DNA of 64,000 nucleotides from contig CAVQGY010000002.1 in assembly GCA_963712165.1 (NCBI GenBank), positions 134,611 through 198,610 of the forward strand, given 5' to 3'. This document shows, piece after piece, positions 55,705-64,000 of the stretch. Origin of the DNA: an uncultured Chloroflexia bacterium. Its GTDB lineage: Bacteria > Chloroflexota > Anaerolineae > Anaerolineales > UBA11858. Position 1 is the stretch's first letter, and the number at the start of each line of letters is the position of its first letter. The notes beneath the pieces were generated by a model that saw only the letters and a program-made list of their open reading frames with translations, was not told the origin of the DNA and searched no databases. Position numbers and translations under genes: made by a program.

Positions 55705-56769
55705 CTAAAATCGGATAACATCCCCGCAATACTCGCAGGATAGGCTGTCCATGCCCCGCAGGATGGGCTGGTTGATCGCCCCTCCACAGGACGGGCATTT
55801 TGTGGGAGCGTTCTTGACCCCCTCAAGGACAGCATCATCGATGGGGATGGCCCGGGCCAGGTCGAAATCACCAGCCCTGGCGCGGTTGACCAGCGCCACC
55901 CACTCGTCCCCCCGCTGCCAGATATGCAGGTGGACCTTGTTCATAGGCGCCCGGCTGTCAAATAATAGCTCCAGGTAATCGTCCTTGTTCAAAAATCCCT
56001 CTTTGGAGGACTTCGCCTCTTCTACCAGCACTACAGGGATCTCCCACAGCGTTTCCTGGACCAATTCCTTCTCGGTGGCCACAAAAAGCACTTTCTTTGT
56101 GGCTACTTTTTCTTTCTGCTCAAAGATCAATCGTTGGTCGGTCAGGTAGAGCACGCCCTCTGGGTCCTCCTTGGTCTGTTTGCCTTCTCGAGCCCAGACC
56201 GCCTTTACCGCCATGATCCCGGATTCAGCTGCCAGGAGTTGGAAGCTGGCTTCACTGAGCTCTGTTATCATCCACTCCAGTCGCCCCAAATGGTATTCGA
56301 GTTTGCTGACATCACTCTGGAACTGGTCATAGGCGCCGCGAATATTATCCTCAACAGCCTTGATCCGCCCCTCCAGGTTCTCTACTTCGGCCTTCAGTCG
56401 TTCCGCCTTAGGAAGGAGGAGTGCCGGTGCCCCACCGGCTCCGGACAGTTCTGCAAGTTGGCTTTCCAAAGGACTTAGTGACCTCGCCAGAGAGGAAGCT
56501 TCCCTTGAGATCTCACGCTCGATGCCCGGAGCGATATCCGCCCAGCCTTTGGCAAAATCCGCCGCCTTTTCTTCTAGCTCCTTCTCGAAAGCATAGCCTT
56601 TATTCCGCAGGGCCAAAATGCGCTGCTCCAGGCTGCTGATGGATCCCCCCAGATCCTCCACGCGATCCCGCAGGTCTGTCAGGCGGGCAGAAGACTGCAT
56701 GTCTCGCAATGAGGAAGTCAGCTCCTGCATATGGCTTTTCAGTTTTGCGGAAGAGGTCTCGTTTGCCAT
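55705..56769 (-). CDS. Hypothetical protein: long coiled coil + PH/GRAM-like domain + C-terminal zinc ribbon
   Basis: 354 aa. An N-terminal heptad-rich 190 aa is followed by GVLYLTDQRLIFEQKEK (bacterial PH-like) and a C-terminal CPSCGG...CEYCG. AAGGAG lies upstream of the ATG. Confidence 0.7.
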   Translation of the reverse strand: MANETSSAKLKSHMQELTSSLRDMQSSARLTDLRDRVEDLGGSISSLEQRILALRNKGYAFEKELEEKAADFAKGWADIAPGIEREISREASSLARSLSPLESQLAELSGAGGAPALLLPKAERLKAEVENLEGRIKAVEDNIRGAYDQFQSDVSKLEYHLGRLEWMITELSEASFQLLAAESGIMAVKAVWAREGKQTKEDPEGVLYLTDQRLIFEQKEKVATKKVLFVATEKELVQETLWEIPVVLVEEAKSSKEGFLNKDDYLELLFDSRAPMNKVHLHIWQRGDEWVALVNRARAGDFDLARAIPIDDAVLEGVKNAPTKCPSCGGAINQPILRGMDSLSCEYCGDVIRF

Positions 56770-57230
56770 ACAAACTCCTTTTCAAGCTATGAATAGTTAA
56801 ATTCTAACTGATTTTTCTGTAACACTTGAATATTCAGGAAGCGAGGTGGTCTTTTCCATTTTTTTATCGCGGTAATTGTAAATTGGCTTTCTTCCGCGTC
56901 TGGGGGCTCAACCCGCTCCTGCTGTATTTGCTGGCTTTCCCGTTCAGCGCGTTTTTTGTTCTGCCAGGGATCCCTTGGTGGTATGAAATTGCCCCACTCT
57001 GGCTGGTCGGGCTCCAGGAATTGATCCTGCTCCTGACTCTGAGCGCTCCGGCAATCTACTTGGAGAAGAAAGACTTTTGCTTCTCTATCTGATCTAGGTA
57101 AGACCAGTTCAAGACAGGCCATCTTTAAAGAATGGCAGTTCAGACCATGGGGAAGAATCGGCCCTGCCATTTTCCAGACCTATATTTGCTACAATATAAC
57201 TAACTTTTAAGAACACCTAGAGGAGGAACG

Positions 57231-58085
57231 ATGGAGTTTTTTGGACTGGCTTTCCTATTAATCATAATCTTTATCATGGGGATAAAGATCATCCGCCCAG
57301 TGGAAGTCGGCATTATTGAGTTCCTGGGCAGATATATCCGGACTGCAACTTCCGGGTTCAATTGGATCGTACCAGGGCTCTTCCGGATAATCCGGGTGAA
57401 TATCACCGAGCGCCGGGTAGATATTGACCCCCAGTCTATCATCACCAAGGATAAACTCAATGCAGTGGTGGACGGTGTGGTCTATTACAAAGTAGTGGAC
57501 GCCCAGATGGCGATCTACAACGTGGATAGTTACACGACATCGGTCCCCTCACTGGCCAAAACCACCCTCAGGGCCGTGATCGGAAAAATGACCCTGACCG
57601 AAGCCAACGAGAACCGAGATTCCATTAACTTGGAAGTGGAAAAGATCCTCTCCCGGGAAGTGGATAAATGGGGCATCTCCGTTGTCCGGGTCGAGCTGCA
57701 GCGCATTGAACCTCCGCCCGATGTGCAGGATGCCATGAACCGGGTCGTCAAAGCTGAAAACGAGAAGATTGCTGCCCTGGATCTGGCCACAGCGATTGAG
57801 ACCAAAGCTGACGGCGAACGCCGGGCCGAGATCAAAAAAGCTGAGGGTATAGCAGCGGCTATCAGACTTAAAGCTGATGCCGATGGCGATGCAATCAAGA
57901 CCGTTAATGAAGCGGCTGAGAAATTCTTCGTTGGAAACGCCGTGGTGCTTAAAAAACTGGAAACGGTCAGTGAAGCGCTGAAAGATAACGCCAAGATTGT
58001 CATCCCCACGGATAGCAGCCTCATCAATATCATCGGCGATCTGGCCGGGACTGGTGTTTCGATCAAGAAAGATGAGGGAAAATAG
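57231..58085 (+). CDS. SPFH/Band-7 (stomatin/prohibitin-like) membrane protein
   Basis: 284 aa with an N-terminal TM and then an SPFH core (VPGLFRIIRVNITERRVDIDPQSIITKDK...RIEPPPDVQDAMN). GAGGAGG lies upstream, and a candidate TGCTACAAT -10 lies at 57187-57195. Confidence 0.9.
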   Translation: MEFFGLAFLLIIIFIMGIKIIRPVEVGIIEFLGRYIRTATSGFNWIVPGLFRIIRVNITERRVDIDPQSIITKDKLNAVVDGVVYYKVVDAQMAIYNVDSYTTSVPSLAKTTLRAVIGKMTLTEANENRDSINLEVEKILSREVDKWGISVVRVELQRIEPPPDVQDAMNRVVKAENEKIAALDLATAIETKADGERRAEIKKAEGIAAAIRLKADADGDAIKTVNEAAEKFFVGNAVVLKKLETVSEALKDNAKIVIPTDSSLINIIGDLAGTGVSIKKDEGK

Positions 58086-58251
58086 CCAGAATTGATCACT
58101 GGTAGTTCATCCTAATCAAGGGTCGGATTGTCCGCCAGATCTAACTCAGGGGTTTTTATGAATTTATGACCATTAGGGTGTCTGGTCTGGTAAATATTAT
58201 CAATATTTGGTACTTTATATACAGCATTTCCACTAACCAAAGGAGAAACTG

Positions 58252-58923
58252 ATGAGAAAATCCCTCTTAATCCTGGTGGCTCTGTCCCTGCTCCTGGTTC
58301 TAACAGCCTGTACCGGGTCCGCTGAGAAGGATGCGGAAATAGTCGATGAAATTCTGGAAGAGGTGGAAGATCCCGCTCCCACAGACCCACCACCTACCCC
58401 CGAACCCACGGCAACTGAAGAAATGGTGATGCTGCCCGTGTCAATGGTCTCGGCTCCACTGGGCGAGGATTTTAATGCCTATAAAAACTCCCTGCCGGGA
58501 TTTGCCCCCCTGGATTTTGAGGAGAGCGAACTACCCGCTCCCCCCGGATCTGTAACCGCCAACTGGTTCACTTCAGGCGGTTATTATGTTGTGGCATACT
58601 ACGGTCTGGACCTCGAGAATGCGGGCCCACTCTGCCCGGGCAACTCGATCCTTACCGGAGGAACCTGGGTGCATGTCTCCAATGCGCCCACCGAGGAAGG
58701 CGCCTGTGAAAGTTTCCCGACCCTGACCGATGATCCAGCTGTGGGGCCGATCGACTGCCATGGGGTCCTCTTCTACCGCACTGCCATACCCAGCGACCTG
58801 CAGGGAACGTTGTTTGGCACGATCGAAATGCTGGATGCAGACGGCAACCTGGTAGGCATCACCAGCCAGGCAGAAAGTAATCCCGAGATGTTGGAGATCG
58901 ATCTGGAAGCAACCTGTAATTAG
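58252..58923 (+). CDS. Hypothetical lipoprotein
   Basis: 223 aa with signal peptide and lipobox LVLTAC, followed by a Pro/Thr/Glu-rich linker. Confidence 0.7.
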   Translation: MRKSLLILVALSLLLVLTACTGSAEKDAEIVDEILEEVEDPAPTDPPPTPEPTATEEMVMLPVSMVSAPLGEDFNAYKNSLPGFAPLDFEESELPAPPGSVTANWFTSGGYYVVAYYGLDLENAGPLCPGNSILTGGTWVHVSNAPTEEGACESFPTLTDDPAVGPIDCHGVLFYRTAIPSDLQGTLFGTIEMLDADGNLVGITSQAESNPEMLEIDLEATCN

Positions 58924-58947
58924 GATTCCAATTAGGAAATAAAGACC

Positions 58948-58987
58948 AAGGGACGAAGCCCTTTCAATGGACTTCGTCCCTTTTTTC
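58948..58987. terminator. Terminator between convergent genes
   Basis: An 11-bp stem, AAGGGACGAAG/CTTCGTCCCTT, is followed by a T-run. Confidence 0.75.
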
Positions 58988-58999
58988 TTGTTCTCAATA

Positions 59000-59938
59000 T
59001 TATCTGGATTTGAATCCCCCTTTGATCTTCTCATAAGGCTGTAGGTTGAAAGGACATACTTTCACGCAGACCGAACAGCCGTGGTATTTGTTGAAATACG
59101 GGAAACACTCATCATTCCGGAGATAGGTTTCCTGGCCGTCCGGGTGCAGCACCGGGTTGTCATAAAATGCATCCGCCGGGCACTCCCGGTGGCAGATCCG
59201 GCAGCTTTTACAGAACTCTCGCACCCAGGTGTGGTTATTGCCTTCGTTGAAGGGCAGATTGGCGATGCTGGTAAAGACCGCCGCCAGCCGCACCCGGGGA
59301 CCATGCTCGGGCGTGATGATCAATCCGTTCAGGCCCATCCAGCCCAGCCCGGCCATCTGTGCCAGCGGCGGATAGAGCGCCAGTCCGTTCAGAGGATGCC
59401 CGGCATGGGCGCCATATCCCCTTTCTCGTAGGAATGTGGCCAATGAGTTATTGATCCGGCCCAGGTCTCGGTAGGTTTCCATCACTGTCCGCATGCAGGC
59501 AATGCTGGGCGCGCTGTTGATGCCATCCGCATCCATCTCCATCGACACTACAATTGCGTTATCGTACAACACCGCCTTTTCCTGGAAGACCCAGCGCCGG
59601 GGAAGTTTTGTGTAGCCGATGCTGGCAGCGCCCAAATGGAAGGCTTCTGCTTCCAGCTCCTCGATCAATTTCTGGTCTGCCACGATTTTTGGTTGGGGCG
59701 GATTCTCGTCCAGGGTTTCCAAGGATTCTCTGATCCCGGAGAGGCAGGCCAGCATGGTTGGGAGCAATCTCACCGGGGGGCCAGCTTCGCTGCTTTCCAG
59801 CCTGCCCCGGATGATATCAAAGCGTCTGGGAGAAATTTCCGTGAAACGGATGACATCATCTCTTGACTGCAGCTCCTCTTCCAGGGAGAGTGCGGTCTGG
59901 AAGAGCGATGTTTTGTACAACATCTTTGGCAAGCTCAT
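59000..59938 (-). CDS. Fe-S protein of the reductive-dehalogenase / epoxyqueuosine-reductase (RdhA/QueG) superfamily
   Basis: 312 aa with GLGWMGLNGLIITPEHGPRVRLAAVFT, then CKSCRICHRECP and CSVCVKVCP cluster motifs. No Tat signal was seen. Confidence 0.6.
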   Translation of the reverse strand: MSLPKMLYKTSLFQTALSLEEELQSRDDVIRFTEISPRRFDIIRGRLESSEAGPPVRLLPTMLACLSGIRESLETLDENPPQPKIVADQKLIEELEAEAFHLGAASIGYTKLPRRWVFQEKAVLYDNAIVVSMEMDADGINSAPSIACMRTVMETYRDLGRINNSLATFLRERGYGAHAGHPLNGLALYPPLAQMAGLGWMGLNGLIITPEHGPRVRLAAVFTSIANLPFNEGNNHTWVREFCKSCRICHRECPADAFYDNPVLHPDGQETYLRNDECFPYFNKYHGCSVCVKVCPFNLQPYEKIKGGFKSR

Positions 59939-59966
59939 AATTACCTCGATAGTTCTATTGGTTTAA

Positions 59967-60920
59967 TTATCCATAAAGATATTGATAGACAGCATCCAGA
60001 CCAACCAGGGCTGCACTCACCGCGCCTACCAGGGTGATCTCATAGATCATGTCATCCGTATACCCGGCTGCTTTTAAATCCTCCACATCCTCATCGGTAA
60101 TCCGATAAGCATGGAGGGAAAGATTCTTGAGATAATTTCTAAGCTCATCTGGTAGATCAGGAGTTTGTCCACCCTCAACTCTCCATTGGGACATAATATA
60201 TAACTCAATATCCGATCTCATTGCCGGATCCGTCTCACCCTCCACAGAAAGCAGATGCTGACGTCCCGCCTCTACTTCAGGAGGCCGGATCAGGCCATCT
60301 TCTGTTTTCACCCAATCCTCAACTGCTGGTGAGCCTCGTAAGATCCCGCCGGTAAAATTCAACATTCTCGCCAGTCGTTTTTGTTGAACGCCCTGGGGGA
60401 CTGGAAAGCCAAATGCGTCTGCCACCCGGTCGATCAAATTATAATGAAACCCCACATTGGCAGCTTCCTGAATAGCCAGGTTATCTAAACCGGATTTTCG
60501 GATTTCATCCATCAGGTCGTGGTCCATATCCTGGGGATGAACAGTCATCACCTCAAGCATTTTCAAAGCTGCCCGGGTCTTTTCCGGAATATCCGCCTGG
60601 GTCCAATCCTCCAGCACTGCATCAAGAACATTCTGGGGCATATGCAGAGCCGCGACCGCGACATGTGCTTCGAGTCAAAACATACATTGGTTAAGCTTGG
60701 AGACGAAACTGGCAAAAAGCTCGGCTTCCCCTTTGGTCCAGCCTCCTGAACCTGCCATACCACGCACAATATAGGATATAAAATCCTTTTTAAAGAAAGA
60801 CGGTTTGTAGGAGAGGGTCAATGGTGGACCTGGTAATGCTCCCACCCACCATCTGGCAAACCTCAATCCCAGACTCATATACCAAGGCCTGTGACTGCTT
60901 TTCATCAGGTCGATCCGCAT
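59967..60920 (-). CDS. AhpD/carboxymuconolactone-decarboxylase-family protein with in-frame UGA (probable selenocysteine) at 60675-60677
   Basis: ORFs 60675..60983 and 59967..60641 share a frame. Read through, the site is E-LFASFVSKLNQ-C-M-F-TGA-L-E-A-H, which equals the AhpD E-x11-C-x-x-C-x3-H motif with the second Cys replaced by TGA. I place the start at 60920 (GGAGG 6 nt upstream). Confidence 0.75.
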
Positions 60921-60943
60921 AAATTTCCTCCAAGAAACTTCTG

Positions 60944-60955
60944 GTACAGATGTAC
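60944..60955. promoter_or_regulatory. GTACAgaTGTAC palindrome, candidate TetR operator in the divergent promoter region
   Basis: A perfect 5+5 inverted repeat abuts a TATAAT box (60956-60961). A second TGTACA lies at 61000-61005. Confidence 0.4.
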
Positions 60956-61021
60956 TATAATTAATTTGCCCCGACCCGTCCATACCAAATTCTCAACTCT
61001 GTACATAAAAGTGAGATTATC

Positions 61022-61633
61022 ATGCCTCAAACCATATCGAAGGATCCTCGCGCTATCAGAACCAGGACCGCTCTTCAATCCTCATTTAAGAATCTCCTTA
61101 GACACAAACCGTATAATAAAATCTCCATCGCCGATATCGCAAATAAGGCCGGGGTTGCCCGGCATACCTTTTATAACCACTACGAGACCAAACAGGATCT
61201 CTTGTATTTTCTGGTGGATACCATCCTGGAACCATATTATAAAAATCTGGAAAATTGGAGTCCATTCCTGACCAACCCTGAAGAAGAGCAGAGGATGCAT
61301 ACCTCGTTCTTCAAAGCCTGGAAGGATAACGCTGATGTGATCGGTTTATTAGAGTCTGTCGATCTGGATCTGGTCATTGTTGATAGGCTGAAAAGTTTAT
61401 TCAGACGGTTCTATTATGAGAAGGTCTCGTCTGAGATGCCAGGTATCAGCCAGAATTTTGCTAATTACGTGATCAGCTATAACGCTTACACATTGGCTGG
61501 TTTGTTAAAGCCATGGTATGACTCGGGGATGAAAGATTCTCCTGCCGATCTGGGAGGATTTCTGGTGCAGCTTTCTGGAGCCTCTCAGCGGTTCCAGGCT
61601 ATTGAAAAATACAGGCATATACTTGGTGGCTAA
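61022..61633 (+). CDS. TetR/AcrR-family transcriptional regulator
   Basis: 203 aa with N-terminal HTH ISIADIANKAGVARHTFYNHYETKQDL. Confidence 0.9.
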   Translation: MPQTISKDPRAIRTRTALQSSFKNLLRHKPYNKISIADIANKAGVARHTFYNHYETKQDLLYFLVDTILEPYYKNLENWSPFLTNPEEEQRMHTSFFKAWKDNADVIGLLESVDLDLVIVDRLKSLFRRFYYEKVSSEMPGISQNFANYVISYNAYTLAGLLKPWYDSGMKDSPADLGGFLVQLSGASQRFQAIEKYRHILGG

Positions 61634-61741
61634 TGTTGATGGAACAGGCAAAGTAAAAAATGATCGCTGCTGACAACACTGTCAGTGTGGTACAGTCCAT
61701 TAATAACACATTTCATTCAGTGAACGGTTAAAAGGTAAGGC

Positions 61742-62113
61742 GTGGCCCTAAAACCCCTGCATTTCATCGGCCAGGAAGTCCCGGTGGAGTTCGACAAGAA
61801 ACCGGCACTGGAGAAAAAACCCCCTGCCCCGGACCGATTCATTTGGGAGGAAGAGACTTTCCAGGTGGAGTCGGTGCTGAGTGAATGGCAGGATTTTGGC
61901 CGCCGGGGGCGGATGTCCAGTAATATGCGGCCCCACAACGCCGCCAAGGCCCTTCGCCGGGGGTCCTGGGGAGTGGGTCGCTTCTACTTCCGGGTGTTAA
62001 CTATAGGAGGTCGGATCTTTGACATTTACTATGACCGAGCTCCCAAGAACGTTGAAGACCGAAAGGGATCCTGGTTCCTGGACAGGGAAATGGCCCTGGA
62101 TCCTGAGGCATAG
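61742..62113 (+). CDS. Hypothetical protein (DUF6504-like pattern)
   Basis: 123 aa with a GTG start after AAGGTAAGG. The pattern F-W...V..VL..W...G...YFRV...G.IFDIYYD...WFL recalls a small family common in Chloroflexi and Actinobacteria. The family assignment is from memory only. Confidence 0.55.
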   Translation: MALKPLHFIGQEVPVEFDKKPALEKKPPAPDRFIWEEETFQVESVLSEWQDFGRRGRMSSNMRPHNAAKALRRGSWGVGRFYFRVLTIGGRIFDIYYDRAPKNVEDRKGSWFLDREMALDPEA

Positions 62114-62144
62114 GTTTTCGAGAAGGTTTTTTCAGGAGGGAATC

Positions 62145-62603
62145 ATGCTTGGCAAGAAAATGCTCCTAACTGCCTATTCATACACCCATTATCTGGTGAT
62201 GGAAGCGATCCAGGGTCTCACTCATCAGGAGAGCTTGCTCAAACCTCCCGGGGGAGAGAATCCAGCCAACTGGATCCTGGGCCACATCCTGACCAGCCGG
62301 AGCAATGTCCAGGCGATGTTGGATCTGGAACCCATTTGGAACTACGATCGCTGTAAACTTTACCTGCCGGACTCGGAACCAATCACGGCAGAAAGCCTGG
62401 TGGAAAATCTGGAAGATATGCTCGCCGACCTGGAAACGACTCAGGAAGATCTAATGAAGGAACTGCAGGGTCTGAATGATGATCTACTGCTGGAACCTCA
62501 GGGAGATAACAGCCTCGGGGAGGAGCTGTCCGGGTATGCCATCCATGAAGCCTACCACGCCGGCGAGCTAGCGATAATCAGGATTTGGCTCCGGAGATCA
62601 TGA
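62145..62603 (+). CDS. DinB-family protein
   Basis: 152 aa from ATG 62145 (AGGAGGG upstream). DinB-type His motifs are ILGHIL and IHEAYHAGE. Confidence 0.8.
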   Translation: MLGKKMLLTAYSYTHYLVMEAIQGLTHQESLLKPPGGENPANWILGHILTSRSNVQAMLDLEPIWNYDRCKLYLPDSEPITAESLVENLEDMLADLETTQEDLMKELQGLNDDLLLEPQGDNSLGEELSGYAIHEAYHAGELAIIRIWLRRS

Positions 62604-62631
62604 ACGTCCAATCGCTGATAGAGGAAATAAT

Positions 62632-63099
62632 ATGGATCCCAAATCAATAGATTATTTCAACAAATTTCTCTCATCCCCCCTTACAGAGAGGTGGGACAAA
62701 TCCATCAGGTATGATTCCTATTATTTTTGTGCAGATGAGGAAAGCGCTAATCATTGTGCAGATCTTGTGCTAATGGGCGAAAAACGCGCCACAGCCAGTT
62801 TATTATGGAGTTATGAACCGGACAATGAACCCCTGCCAGAAGTGGGACAGCTCAGCGTGATCACCAACTGGGATGGGGAACCTCAGTGTATTGTTGAAGT
62901 CACATCTGTGGAGATCATGCCGTTCAATGAGGTTCCACCTGAATTCGCTTATGAGGAAGGCGAGGGGGATAAATCCCTGGAGTTCTGGCGCCGGGTTCAC
63001 TGGAAATTTTTCAGTATGGAGTGCGTGGAGATTGGAAAATCGCCAATCGAGAATATGCCAGTTGTCCTGGAGAAATTCAAAGTAGTTTGGAAGGGATAG
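62632..63099 (+). CDS. ASCH-domain protein
   Basis: 155 aa with LVLMGEKRATASL...VEVTSVEI..F..V...FAYEEGEGD, typical of ASCH/YqfB-like proteins. Confidence 0.75.
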   Translation: MDPKSIDYFNKFLSSPLTERWDKSIRYDSYYFCADEESANHCADLVLMGEKRATASLLWSYEPDNEPLPEVGQLSVITNWDGEPQCIVEVTSVEIMPFNEVPPEFAYEEGEGDKSLEFWRRVHWKFFSMECVEIGKSPIENMPVVLEKFKVVWKG

Positions 63100-63101
63100 C
63101 T

Positions 63102-63659
63102 ATGAATGCTTCCTCGAGTAAACCGGATGTCCGCATATCAGTTTTTATCGCAATCAGTTTGGACGGATTTATCGCCAGGCCAGATGGGGATGTATCCTGG
63201 CTGGATGAATTTGAGCCCTTCGATGAAGGGGAGGATGGCGGATTTGGCGAACTATTCAACGCCGTCGATGTCATGGTCATGGGCCGGGGGACTTTTGAAA
63301 AGGTCCTGACGTTCGATTGGCCATACGGGGACAAACCTATCACCGTGATGAGCAGCAGCCTGACGCAAGTGCCAGAAAAGATCAGAGGCAGTGTCAGAAT
63401 TGATGATTCTGCCCCCGGAGAGATCCTTCGAAGATTGGAGTCTGAAGGATGCAGGCACATCTATTTGGATGGGGGACAGGTGATCCAATCCTTCATACGT
63501 GACGGCTTGGTGGATGATCTCACCTTGACCATCATTCCGATTCTTCTCGGTCAGGGATTACCACTCTTCGGACATCTGGAAGGGGCTATCAAGCTCAATT
63601 TGATGGAATCCCGCTCCTGGAAGAACGGGTTTGCACAATTGAGATACAAGGTAATTTAA
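63102..63659 (+). CDS. Dihydrofolate-reductase-like RibD C-terminal domain protein
   Basis: 185 aa from ATG 63102, with FIAISLDGFIARPDG and MGRGTFE. Confidence 0.8.
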   Translation: MNASSSKPDVRISVFIAISLDGFIARPDGDVSWLDEFEPFDEGEDGGFGELFNAVDVMVMGRGTFEKVLTFDWPYGDKPITVMSSSLTQVPEKIRGSVRIDDSAPGEILRRLESEGCRHIYLDGGQVIQSFIRDGLVDDLTLTIIPILLGQGLPLFGHLEGAIKLNLMESRSWKNGFAQLRYKVI

Positions 63660-63704
63660 TAAGTCTGAGTGAATCCCTGTTCTTGTAGATCTGTCTTGAG
63701 AATC

Positions 63705-64000
63705 CTAGATTAATAAGGATATGAGCTTTTCCTTGATCTTTTCAACATCCCCTGGTTGGATCCTCTCCTGGGAATATTCCAGCATCAGGCTCAGTTTTCC
63801 AGAACAGGTGACTGCTCCCGCCAGGATATTGACAAAGATCAGCGGATAGGCTCCGCCGGGATTCATGATCAGTCTCTCCAGTTCAAAACCCCCATATTCC
63901 CGGGGGAAATCCATTCGGGTCAGATTAGTTACTGCTGTCCCGATAAGTACGTTCTCGAAAGAATCCATTTTCTCCCGTTTCGCCATGGAGCTGATCACAT
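63705..64000 (-). CDS. C-terminal part of a protein that continues beyond the window edge (unassigned)
   Basis: An open frame runs to the window end and only the last ~97 codons are visible. No confident family call is possible. Confidence 0.35.
   Translation of the reverse strand, partial: VISSMAKREKMDSFENVLIGTAVTNLTRMDFPREYGGFELERLIMNPGGAYPLIFVNILAGAVTCSGKLSLMLEYSQERIQPGDVEKIKEKLISLLI

Noticed and set aside
56787-57170. 127-aa minus ORF and overlapping 88-aa plus ORF (56826..57092) as real genes
   Set aside because: They are mutually exclusive antisense ORFs. Neither has a good Shine-Dalgarno or recognisable motifs, and the plus ORF needs a TTG start. I left the region unannotated and flagged it in the findings.

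Overview
This 64-kb segment looks chromosomal, with dense coding and GGAGG-type ribosome-binding sites. Gene content suggests a Chloroflexota/Anaerolineae-like bacterium; the clues are a fused GlyQS, a DRG-type GTPase and GTAGGGGCGACC-type hairpin repeats. This taxonomic placement is inference only. I support about 58 protein genes, one tRNA-Val(GAC), two IS200-like Y1-transposase units, several intrinsic terminators and several dispersed hairpin-repeat families. No rRNA or CRISPR array was seen. Layout: (1) 0.26-14.2 kb is an all-minus-strand catabolic block. It holds a CaiB-type CoA-transferase, an FdrA-like protein, a nitrilase-family hydrolase, a DUF1116/YlbE-like protein, a tandem double cyclase-family hydrolase, a frameshifted NmrA-like gene and a CoxMSL-type Mo-hydroxylase with CoxG. 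A terminator and a separate NCS2 nucleobase permease follow. (2) Housekeeping genes are metG, mutS2, the dnaG-rpoD pair, fused glyQS, pepF, rdgB and tRNA-Val. (3) A 2.7-kb islet between metG and mutS2 carries a frameshifted lipoprotein serpin bracketed by two diverged IS200-like units. (4) 45-64 kb is an accessory, detoxification-like region: ABC-2 transporter, esterase, amidohydrolase, MFS, SPFH, RdhA/QueG-like Fe-S protein, TetR, DinB, ASCH and RibD_C. Observations most worth follow-up: (a) upstream of metG, a 29-codon leader ORF has 7 Met in its first 11 codons and is followed by a clean intrinsic terminator, which makes it a candidate Met-tRNA-sensing attenuator of the Met-tRNA synthetase gene; (b) two genes have an in-frame TGA exactly at the redox-active position (deiodinase-like FGSFT-U-PPY, and AhpD-like E-x11-C-x-x-U-x3-H), so both are probable selenoproteins that the ORF track splits; (c) the 12-kb Mo-hydroxylase/FdrA/DUF1116/nitrilase/cyclase/CoA-transferase operon is a possibly undescribed N-heterocycle catabolic route. 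All product calls come from motif recognition by eye, since no database search could be run.
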